A stretch of 63,899 bases of DNA, the filler included. It is 5 parts of 5 records of this genome, joined end to end, with 100 filler letters (N's around TTAATTAATTAA, not from the genome) between each part and the next. Parts side by side here need not be neighbours in the genome. Positions count along the whole stretch, not along the records: positions 39,136 to 58,451 come from SRR31156797_6383; positions 58,552 to 63,899 come from SRR31156797_6464; 3 more parts are not named here. One strand, 5' to 3'. Each line of letters starts with the position of its first letter. Within the stretch, counting starts at the first letter, position 1. The translations under genes and the position numbers were made by a program. Under the pieces are notes generated by a model. The model did no database searches, was not told the origin of the DNA, and worked only from the letters and a program-made list of their open reading frames with translations. Positions 50,234 to 59,303 of this stretch are shown here, piece by piece.

Positions 50234-50636
50234 TCATGTACCGCCATGTTTTAAAGGTAAGGCTGCGGCGTTTACCCGGCCCGTAAATGATCATGGTGAT
50301 TTTTTTCAGCTTTGACGATTCCCGGTCGGCCAAGATTGATTCCCAGTCCCCTTCATCAATACCGTCCCTCACCTCACAGGCGATTGAATAGTCTCTAAAG
50401 TATCCGTGGTACTCTTCCGCTAACCGGTCAGGGTCGAATCCGTTTTGTTCAAGTTCAGATATGGTCTGCCGGGCCAGGAGAAAGGATAAGGATTTAAAAT
50501 CAGCCGCTTCCGATAACGCTGCGGTCGAAGACTGAAGCTTGAACAAAGCACCGAAAACAATTGCCAGAACTGCGAGGCTCACCATGATTTCTATCAGGGT
50601 AAACCCTTTTTCAGATACAGTCATCGAAGAATACAT
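50223..50636 (-). CDS. gspI: Minor pseudopilin I
   Basis: Class III signal G|FTLIEIMVSL; gene order. Confidence 0.82.
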   Translation of the reverse strand: MYSSMTVSEKGFTLIEIMVSLAVLAIVFGALFKLQSSTAALSEAADFKSLSFLLARQTISELEQNGFDPDRLAEEYHGYFRDYSIACEVRDGIDEGDWESILADRESSKLKKITMIIYGPGKRRSLTFKTWRYMNAR

Positions 50637-51096
50637 ATCCTTTAATGATTTCTACATTTGCAAAGAAAGGATGAAGCTTTAAGGTAAATTCTTCATCCCC
50701 GGATCTCATCTGAATCAAGGCCATGTCCGAGTAGCCCTTATTGTAAAAACGTATGACGGTCTCTTCGGGGGCGTTTTGGCCTTTTACCTCAATGTGGTCG
50801 ATGGATAAATTTAAAAGCGGCTCTCTTTTTTGGGGTGTAATGTTGAGACTTTCCTGGCTGTCTTGGGTGATCCAAACCTCTCCGGACAACTGGTCAATAT
50901 GGAGTAAAAAAGTTTTGTTTTCCTGAATGGCTTTTTGTTTAAGAGACGCCATCAGTTCAGAGATGGTCCGGTGGCCATCGACAGTACTTTTTATATTTAA
51001 ATACGGAACCGCCCCAAAAGCTGCAATCGATAAAATGGTCAGTACCACCAATAGTTCCAGCAGGGAAAATCCGGATATGTAACCGTTTTTATTCAA
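50611..51096 (-). CDS. gspH: Minor pseudopilin H
   Basis: Class III signal G|FSLLELLVVL; gene order. Confidence 0.82.
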   Translation of the reverse strand: MNKNGYISGFSLLELLVVLTILSIAAFGAVPYLNIKSTVDGHRTISELMASLKQKAIQENKTFLLHIDQLSGEVWITQDSQESLNITPQKREPLLNLSIDHIEVKGQNAPEETVIRFYNKGYSDMALIQMRSGDEEFTLKLHPFFANVEIIKGYVFFDDCI

Positions 51097-51532
51097 GCTC
51101 CCAGCTTTTAATGTCTAAGTTCTTCCCCTGGCCGCCCGGCGCTCCGTCTGCTCCATAAGACAGGATATCAAATTCACCGTGCGTACCAGGCGATATATAT
51201 AAATAATCACGGCCCCAGGGGTCTTTGGGCAGCTTTTTTTTATCCAGGTATCCGTTTTTGCTCCAATTGTGCGCTTCAGGTTCCGTCCCTGGTTTTTCGA
51301 TCAAGGCTAGAAGCCCCTGCTCACTGGACGGATACGTTCCATTGTCTAAGCGGTACAGCTTCAAACTTGTTTCAAGCGCAGCAATGTCCACCTTTGCTTT
51401 AACCGTTTTTGCCTCATCGGTCCTCCCCATATACCGGGGAACTATCATCCCGGCCAGGATACCGAGAATCACCACTACAACCATTAATTCTATAAATGAA
51501 AACCCGTCTTCATTTATTGCTGCCGGTCTCAT
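51089..51532 (-). CDS. gspG: Major pseudopilin G
   Basis: G|FSFIELMVV; YPSSEQGLLAL, DPWGRDY and SYGADG motifs. Confidence 0.95.
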   Translation of the reverse strand: MRPAAINEDGFSFIELMVVVVILGILAGMIVPRYMGRTDEAKTVKAKVDIAALETSLKLYRLDNGTYPSSEQGLLALIEKPGTEPEAHNWSKNGYLDKKKLPKDPWGRDYLYISPGTHGEFDILSYGADGAPGGQGKNLDIKSWELE

Positions 51533-51642
51533 AAAATTTTCCTTAAGCTATTAATTATGGAGGAAGGCTGTGAAGGAAAGACTCAGCCCTGTCCATCCGA
51601 AATATTAATGATAATTGGTGCTATTGATTAGTACAGGCACAG

Positions 51643-51835
51643 ATAAAAATCAATCAGGGATTCCCATTAATTCAATATTTTTTTGATCTTCAAGGGATTT
51701 TCCTGATTGGCGTTTCTTTTTTTCCATTTCAGTCCCAACGGGATTGTCAATATTTTTTTTAAAATAAAAGTTTCGTAATTTTAGTGGGTTGAGAAAAAAG
51801 AGCGAAAACTAAGGGAAACCCTGATTGATTTTTAT
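51643..51835. promoter_or_regulatory. Mirror-image 23-bp sites in the divergent intergenic region
   Basis: ATAAAAATCAATCAGGGATTCCC (51643-51665) matches the reverse complement of GGGAAACCCTGATTGATTTTTAT (51813-51835) at 22/23; partial copy AAGGGATTTTCCTGATTG at 51692-51709. Confidence 0.75.
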
Positions 51836-51956
51836 TTTTGGGCGTAATAGTTAAGCACTCTGCCAGGATTAATTATAGTTCGGCATGAGGTATTATAAAC
51901 AATTGTTGTATTACTGATTTGATGTTGACTTGAATGATGAAATAAGGAGTAACAAG

Positions 51957-52427
51957 ATGAAATTATTGACCAAATGGATGGCAGGGATTTTCTTTGTTTG
52001 TGTGACAGCAACAGCTGCCTTGGCCCAGGACGGCGGGATTACCATAGATGCCAACGGAAATACGGGAGTCGGAACCGAAACGCCAACAGCAACGCTGGAC
52101 GTCAACGGTGATACAAAGATACAGGGCGATTTGACCATGACAGGTAAAGTAAAGCAGTCCCAGGCTCCGGCCGAGGGCAATGACCTTGTTAATAAATCCT
52201 ATGTCGATGCCGCAGATACGGTAAAATTCAATGCACTTCAGTCTCAAATAAACTCTATTGCAAATGGCGTGTTAGGCCCTGTAAAAGGTCGTCTCAAATG
52301 TACAAGCGGGTACAAACCTTTTGGTATTACCCACGGATGTTACACATATACTTTATGTATAAAACCGGGGTATTGGCATAGCTATCGCAAGCCAAGATGT
52401 GGCAGCGGAGGAGGAAGCGGTAAATAA
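51957..52427 (+). CDS. Small secreted fibre/adhesin-like protein
   Basis: AAGGAG SD; signal peptide ending ALA|Q; GNTGVGTETPTATLDVNG and NDLVNKSYVD motifs; 4-Cys C-terminus. Confidence 0.75.
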   Translation: MKLLTKWMAGIFFVCVTATAALAQDGGITIDANGNTGVGTETPTATLDVNGDTKIQGDLTMTGKVKQSQAPAEGNDLVNKSYVDAADTVKFNALQSQINSIANGVLGPVKGRLKCTSGYKPFGITHGCYTYTLCIKPGYWHSYRKPRCGSGGGSGK

Positions 52428-52549
52428 AACCGATTTCCGGTCTTTATTTGTTCATATAATCCGGCATCGAATTTATTTGAATCCCTGTTGGAGATGTGTA
52501 GTTTGCCGATTAAAATTCCATTGACTGTCGTATTCTTAGAGGAACGTCT

Positions 52550-53611
52550 ATGTGTGCCAGGTTGCCCAGCTTTTTGATCTGTTTTTTGTTTTCATGTTAT
52601 CCGGTTTTTGCCCAGGACCTTATATTGACCGGCCCGCAGACTTCGGGATGGCAGTATATCGAAAACCGTATATTGTCCCGGGGTGACACCCAAATCGGTG
52701 ATGGGATTGATCTGGATTTGATGTCCAAAACAGGGGTGAGGTTGGCGCCTGGGTTTAAAGTTCTGCCGGGTGGGGTTTTTAAGGCCTTTGTCAGCCCGGA
52801 CAGCGACGGGGACACCATCCTTGACCTGGCAGAAAAGCGTTCCGGGTGCATGAATCATCTATCGGCGGATACCGACGGGGACGGACTGGCGGACAATGAA
52901 GAAGACACCAACGGCAACGGTCGCCATGAGATGGAATTCAACGAAACCAGCGCCTGCAAACTGGATACCGACGGGGATAATATCGGAGATAAGTGGGAAA
53001 TAGACAACGGGTTTAATCCTTTGGTGCCCGATGCGGACCAGCATTTGATTTTGACGGGTAGTCCTGCCTCCGGCTGGCATTACATTAACGGTATCATAGT
53101 CTCCAAAGAGGCCACTACCATTAATCCGGGCGTTTACCTCGATCTGGTCGCCCAGGTCCGGGTGAAATTCAATCCGGGCTTCAGAGTATTGCCCGGGGGG
53201 AGGCTCAGGGCTGTAGCAAGTCCGGACTCTGATGGTGACCGTATTCATAACATCGTGGAACGGCGGTCCGGCTGCATGAACCCCGACCTTGAGGACACTG
53301 ACGGCGACGGCCTCCCCGACAGCCAGGAAGATGCAAACCGCAACGGCATCCTTGAGGAACTGAACGAAACCAGCCCCTGTAATGCAGATACGGACGGAGA
53401 TAAGATGAATGATAAGTGGGAAAAGGACCATGGCTTGGATCCCCTGGTCGATGACGCCGGCCTGGATGCGGACAATGACGGATTGACCAATTACCTGGAA
53501 TATTATTTCAAGGTTTCCGACCCCCAAGACCCCGACAGTCTTCCACCCAGAGGTTCCTATTACGAGTATGACGAATTGGGCCGAATCAAAAAAATAGTCC
53601 GTATCAAATAG
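52550..53611 (+). CDS. Secreted protein with two 142-aa repeats (beta domain + DxDGDG Ca-binding repeats) and a C-terminal YD repeat
   Basis: Signal ending VFA|Q; PGFKV/PGFRV motifs; many DTDGDG/DSDGD motifs; ends YYEYDELGRIKKIVRIK. Confidence 0.85.
   Translation: MCARLPSFLICFLFSCYPVFAQDLILTGPQTSGWQYIENRILSRGDTQIGDGIDLDLMSKTGVRLAPGFKVLPGGVFKAFVSPDSDGDTILDLAEKRSGCMNHLSADTDGDGLADNEEDTNGNGRHEMEFNETSACKLDTDGDNIGDKWEIDNGFNPLVPDADQHLILTGSPASGWHYINGIIVSKEATTINPGVYLDLVAQVRVKFNPGFRVLPGGRLRAVASPDSDGDRIHNIVERRSGCMNPDLEDTDGDGLPDSQEDANRNGILEELNETSPCNADTDGDKMNDKWEKDHGLDPLVDDAGLDADNDGLTNYLEYYFKVSDPQDPDSLPPRGSYYEYDELGRIKKIVRIK
52616..53457 (+). repeat. Intragenic tandem duplication with 426-nt period
   Basis: DLILTGPQTSGWQYI at 52616 aligns with HLILTGSPASGWHYI at 53042; SPDSDGD, RSGCMN and NETS.C..DTDGD are shared. 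Confidence 0.9.
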
Positions 53612-53629
53612 ATCTTTCAGGAGTCGAAA

Positions 53630-56600
53630 ATGAATACGCTGGTATCTGCACTCTCAAAATGGATGGTTTCTCTTCTCATTTTCCTTCTTATTATTATTCC
53701 CGCACGGGCCGGGGCGGATGATGCCGGAACCGGTTATGGCGATGTTGCTGTGGAATTGGTGGAAGAGGATTTGTCGGAACAGGGATGGATTGAAGACATA
53801 GAAAGCACGGGCGAAGAAGAGGAAAAAGACCCTGGAGAGGGTGAGGCGGCACCGGAACGCCTATTAAAACCTTCGGCCATGGAAGCGGCCGCTCCCATGA
53901 TGGCGGAGGCGTCACCAGAACCAGAACCGCCCAGCCTTGAAGAATCCGTCTTTGACACAGGTGCCACTATTACCGTTCCGGAAATTTCCGTGGGCATCGG
54001 GGCCGCTGTTCTGGAATACCCCATCCAGGTGCCGGCGGGCCGGAATGGCCTGACACCGGCGGTAATACTCGGCTATAATTCTTCCAGAAGAAACAGCAGG
54101 GCCGGGGTTGGCTGGGACCTGGGCATCTCTTCCATCAAGCGTTCCATTAAGCGGGGAACATGCTATACCTGCAATAATTTTACCTACAACGGCGAAGAAA
54201 TATTTCCGGTCAGCGTGGACTCCAGCGGATACGGCACCTATCGACCGGAGAAACAGCAGGCCTTTTCTATCATTGAATTCAACACCGATAATTCCTGGTC
54301 GGTCACCTTTAAAGACGGTACCGTCTATGAATTCGGCCCTGGCCCGGAATGCCGGCAGGACAACGGCCAAGGTACATTCCAATGGCTGCTGTCAACCGTA
54401 AGGGATTCTAACGGCAACACCTTGACCTACACTTACGCCAAAGACCATGACCAGGTATATCTGTCCATCATCCGATACCTCAATTATTACACCCTCTCTT
54501 TTTATTATGAAAGCAGGCCGGATCAGATTATTGATTACCGTTCAAAATTTAGAGTGGTGACGGCCAAACGCCTTAAAACCATAGAGGTTCGTTCCAACGA
54601 TCATCAGATCCGGGCCTATGATCTGGCCTATACCCAAAGCGCCAATACCGGGCGCTCCCTTCTGACCCGGATCACCCGCTACGGATCGGATTATTATCTG
54701 GATGGGGAGAACCAGATTACCGGGGGATCAGCCCTGCCGTCTACGGAAATAACCTACGCCCACGACCAGACTCCCTTTGCCGCCTCCCCGGAAAAAATAT
54801 CGGATCTGTCCAAAGGACAGCATTTTTTCAATACCTATATCCATCCCATGGTCACCGGAGACTGGAACGGGGACGGCCGCATGGATATAGGCCGGGCCGG
54901 TGCTGACGGCATTGATTTTTATATCTCCGGCAAAAACGGTTTCCAGACCATGGATTCCCTGTCCGACCTGTCCGTTGGTCAGGGATACCCAAATGCCAAT
55001 GCAAGCCCCGTCCTCACCGGAGACTGGAACGGAGACGGGAAAACCGATTTAGGCCGGTCCGGTAGTTCCGGGATCATCTTTTATACAGCCAAAGGTGCCG
55101 GCTGGGAGAGATATCCAAAGCTGAATCACCTGTCCGGATACCAAGGGTATAAGAACCAAAGCTCATTTCCGGTTTTCACCGGGGACTGGAACGGAGACGG
55201 GAAAACCGACATGGGCAGAGTCACGTCAAATGCTGCGGTCTTTTATGTTTCCACCGGCAGCGGCTGGCGGCGTTATAGCGGATTCTCTGACCTGGCTGCT
55301 CAGCAGGGCTATATCAATATCAGCGACCACCCGGTTTTTACCGGGGATTTTAACGGAGACGGCAGAACCGATGTGGCCCGGGTAAGCAATACGGGGATTA
55401 AGGCCTACACATCAACAGGAACCGGGTTCCGATATTACGGGACCCTATCCGCCCTGAGCGCCCAACAGGGGTTTCATAACCAAGGTGTGTTCCCCCTTGT
55501 CACCGGCGACTTTAACGGTGATGGGATGACGGATATTGCCCGGGCCGGTTCGAACCAGATTCTTACCTATCTGTCTTCAGGTAGCGGATTTATCAAAGGC
55601 GGCCGGATAAATGACCTGACCTGGAGCCAGGGATGCAGAAATTACAATACCCATCCAATATTCACGGGGGATTTTAACAACGACGGGCGCATAGATATCG
55701 GCCGGGTCAAAGAGGGTTCCCTGGCCATTTATGTGTCAACTGGTAAGGGCTTTACCTCTTACAAAAACCCTGGCTCCAGACTCAGTCCGGCCCAGGGGTT
55801 TGCCACCAATCATGAATATCCCCTTGTCACCGGGGACTTCACCGGTGACGGCAGAACCGGCATTGCCCGGGCATCGGCCTCAGGGGTTTGTTTTTACTCC
55901 CCCCAGGGGGATGCCGATGACCTGATGCACCGGATTTCAGCCTCGTCGGGCAGTATCACCGACATTGAATACACCCCCTCGTCGAACTGGGCCAATATTC
56001 GTCTGCCCATGTTGCTTCAGACAGTGTCAAAGCGGACTGTAAACGACGGCCTGGGCAATACCTCTGCCACCGAGTATTCTTACTCCGGCGGCTTTTACGA
56101 CTATGAAGACCGGGAAGTGAGGGCCTTTGAGTCCGTGATAAAAATCAATCCCGAAGGTACTATAGAAACCCGGTTATTCCACCAGGACAGGTTCCTTGAC
56201 GGTCGTAAAATAAGCACCGAATACAAATCCCCGGACGGCACCCTGCTGTCCAAGATCGAACATAACTGGGAGAGCACCCCATACGATAGCCGCACGGCAT
56301 TTATCCGGCTTAATTCTCAAAAGGAGACCCAATACGACAACGGAAACCAGTCGTTCCGGCAAGAGGCGTATACCTATGATCCGGAGCATGGCAGTATCTT
56401 GACCTCCACGGTGTCCGGCACCAACCTTACCGACTCCGTCACCATGAGTTACGACTATGACTACTACGGATCCGGCCAGAGTTACCCCCTTTGTATCATT
56501 CGAGAAACTCTCACAGGCGCTGCCGGCATGGTTCGCCAGACCCTTTACGCCCATGAGCTGCACTCAGGGAATATGCTCTCCCGGGAACAGGTCAATGCCG

Positions 56601-58451
56601 GCGGCATTAACCCTGTCACCACCTATTCCTATGACAGCCACGGAAATCTCGTCTCACTCCGGGACCCCAAAGACAATGTTTATTTCTTTGAGTACGATTC
56701 CGCTATAGACACCTGGCCGGTGCGCATTGAAAAGCCCTCCACGGGAATCCACACCCATGTGGTCCGATACCCGGATATCGATCTTCGGTTCGGCAAGCCC
56801 CTTTCTTTTGAAAATGAGAATGGCTTCCAAACGGTGTACGCTTATGATGTTCATGGAAGACTAACCCGATTGGACCATCCGGACAACGGCCAGGAAAAGT
56901 TTATATTTGACGATGAATCTATGCCTAGGTCCCAGACCCGGCGGGTCAAGGAAAGTGATGACGCCTTCATTGACACAGTCACCTACACCGACGGCCTGGG
57001 CCGCACCGTCCAGACCGTGGCAAAATCCAAGGAAGGCTACGCAGCAACCCTGTTCACCTTTGATCTCATGGGACGGGAAGCCTGTACCAAAGGGCCTTTT
57101 TTTATACCTTCCCCTGCATTTTTATCTGCCGATCATACCAGCCTGTCTGCCGATCCCGGCACCGTCAATGCCGGTGCCATCACGACCTGGGTGAGAAATT
57201 ATTATGATTACAAAAGCCGGATCACCAGACTGGAACAATCCGGGGGGATTGATACGCTTTTTGTCCACAATAATCTCAACATAACGGTCACCGACCCGGA
57301 CGGCCACAGCAAATCCCAGGTACTGGATATCCTGGGCCGGGTCATTAAGGTTATTGAGCACGGCCCCAGGGACTTTCCCGTCACCTATAGCTATACACCG
57401 GCAGGGGACCTGACAAAGGTCTCCCGGACCAACCCGGCCACGGGCAATCCCATTGACAACATCGTGGTCTACAACACCCTGGGCCAGAAAATCTCCATGA
57501 CGGATCCGGACATGGGGCAATGGCATTATACCTATGATTTAAACGGCAACCTTGAAACCCAGACCGACGCCCGGAACATCACCCTGACCTTTGCCTACGA
57601 TGAGCTGAACCGCCTCGTCCGCAAAACCTATCCCGACACCAGCTTTGCCTCATGGGCCTATGACTCAGGCACCAATGGTACAGGCCAGCTCTACGAGAAG
57701 TCCAATGCCAATGCCGTCACCCGGTATACCGCCTATGACCCGGCAGGCCGCCTCCAGTCAGAAATCCGGACCGTTGACGCCCAGACGGTGAAATTCGACT
57801 ATACCTGGGACATTGCCGGACGCCCGGCGTCAAAGGCCGTAACCTACAATAACACCCCCTTTAAAGCCCTGGCCTATGAGTTTTATCCCGGCACCCGCCT
57901 CCTGGCCCGGGTCAAACAGGAAGACAACCGGTCCGTCACCGAGATCACCCAGTACACGCCCCAGGGCAAAATCGTATTCCTGAACCATTTAAACGGAACA
58001 ATTGCCAATTATATTTACGACTATGCCACTTCACGTTTGATCCTGATCCATTCCTACAATCTCAGTGAAACCATCATGGACAAGGGCTATACCTATACCA
58101 AAGCCGGGGATGTAAAGACCGTTACGGACAACCGGACCGATACAACCCGCACCTATGCCTATGACCATAACCACCGCCTCATCTCCGAGCAGACATCCGG
58201 CGCCGGTGCCGCGGCCGGAACCCGTGTGCAAGTCATTGACCTTAGTTATGGAGAGGCTCCGGGGCAGCCCGTACATGCCCCAAAAGAAGTCCGGATCAAC
58301 GGAGCCCTGACCGAGTATGCCTATACGGCAGCGGGTAACAGATCCTTTAAAAATCAAGGAATAACCGCTACTAATTACGACTCAAATCCCGACAATATGA
58401 TCTCAAAGATATCTGCCGGCAGCACTGAGACCCTATTTTTCTATGATGCGG
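53630..58451 (+). CDS. Secreted SpvB + FG-GAP propeller + RHS/YD repeat protein (TcB-TcC-like fusion), 3' truncated
   Basis: Signal ending ARAGA; SpvB motif PIQVPAGRNGLTP..LGYNS...GVGWDL; seven GD(W/F)xxDG repeats; YSGGFYDYEDRE midN-like motif; YD repeats (DPDMGQWHYTYDLNGNL, YDELNRL). Confidence 0.92.
54800..55900 (+). repeat. Seven 54-aa beta-propeller blade repeats
   Basis: Repeat anchors at 54853, 55015, 55177, 55339, 55501 and 55663 (162-nt period) and 55828 (+165). Confidence 0.92.
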
Positions 58452-58551
58452 NNNNNNNNNNNNNNNNNNNNNNNNNNNNNNNNNNNNNNNNNNNNTTAAT
58501 TAATTAANNNNNNNNNNNNNNNNNNNNNNNNNNNNNNNNNNNNNNNNNNNN
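58452..58551. other. Artificial contig spacer
   Basis: N44-TTAATTAATTAA-N44. Confidence 0.99.
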
Positions 58552-59259
58552 ATTGCAGTTGATAAAAACTTTGATTATTTCAAAAAATCAATTGGTCTTA
58601 CTGAGGAAACTCTGGAAGATATAATATATTCACCATTTGATTATAACAAGCAGATGAAAGTATATATACCAAGAAATGCACCTCAACCAAACAATATTGA
58701 TTTCATGGACAATGTCCAGATGTTTATTAAAAGTTTATTGAGAAAGGCAGGGGGAAATACATTCATACTGTTCACTTCATACTCTCAGCTTAATTATTTA
58801 TATTATTTAATTAGAGATGAACTTGAAAGTGAAGGTTTTGATCTATTTATTCAGGGAATGGCACCTAGAAACCAACTGATAAATATGTATAAAACCAGCA
58901 AAAATCCGATTCTGTTTGGAACGGATAGTTTCTGGGAAGGTGTAGATGTTAAGGGAGAGAAACTTAGCTCTGTAATAATGGTAAAATTACCATTTAAAGT
59001 TCCTAGTGATCCTGTCGTTGAAGCAATAATTGAAAATATGACAAAAGAAGGAAAAAATGCTTTTATGGAGTATCAGATTCCAGAATCTGTTATCAAATTT
59101 AAGCAGGGAATAGGTAGATTAATTAGAAGTAAAGAAGATAGAGGAATTATTACAATTTTAGACACAAGGCTTATTACAAAAAGATATGGGAGAATTTTTA
59201 TAGATGCGATTCCTTCGAAAAATATTCATTATAAAACAATGGAGGAGATTGCAGACTAG
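58552..59259 (+). CDS. dinG: DinG/YoaA family helicase, C-terminal part (5' truncated)
   Basis: SPFDY, LFTSY, GTDSFWEGVDV, KLPF and KQGIGRLIR motifs; open from the contig edge. Confidence 0.9.
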   Translation: MAVDKNFDYFKKSIGLTEETLEDIIYSPFDYNKQMKVYIPRNAPQPNNIDFMDNVQMFIKSLLRKAGGNTFILFTSYSQLNYLYYLIRDELESEGFDLFIQGMAPRNQLINMYKTSKNPILFGTDSFWEGVDVKGEKLSSVIMVKLPFKVPSDPVVEAIIENMTKEGKNAFMEYQIPESVIKFKQGIGRLIRSKEDRGIITILDTRLITKRYGRIFIDAIPSKNIHYKTMEEIAD

Positions 59260-59303
59260 GGAGAAGTTTTCAGGGATCAACTGATCTCTGAAAGGAGGAC
59301 ATT

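Noticed and set aside
59268-59298. Hairpin abutting the pgpH Shine-Dalgarno as a c-di-AMP riboswitch
   Set aside because: It is a single 11-bp stem in a 44-nt gap, far too small for a ydaO-type aptamer.
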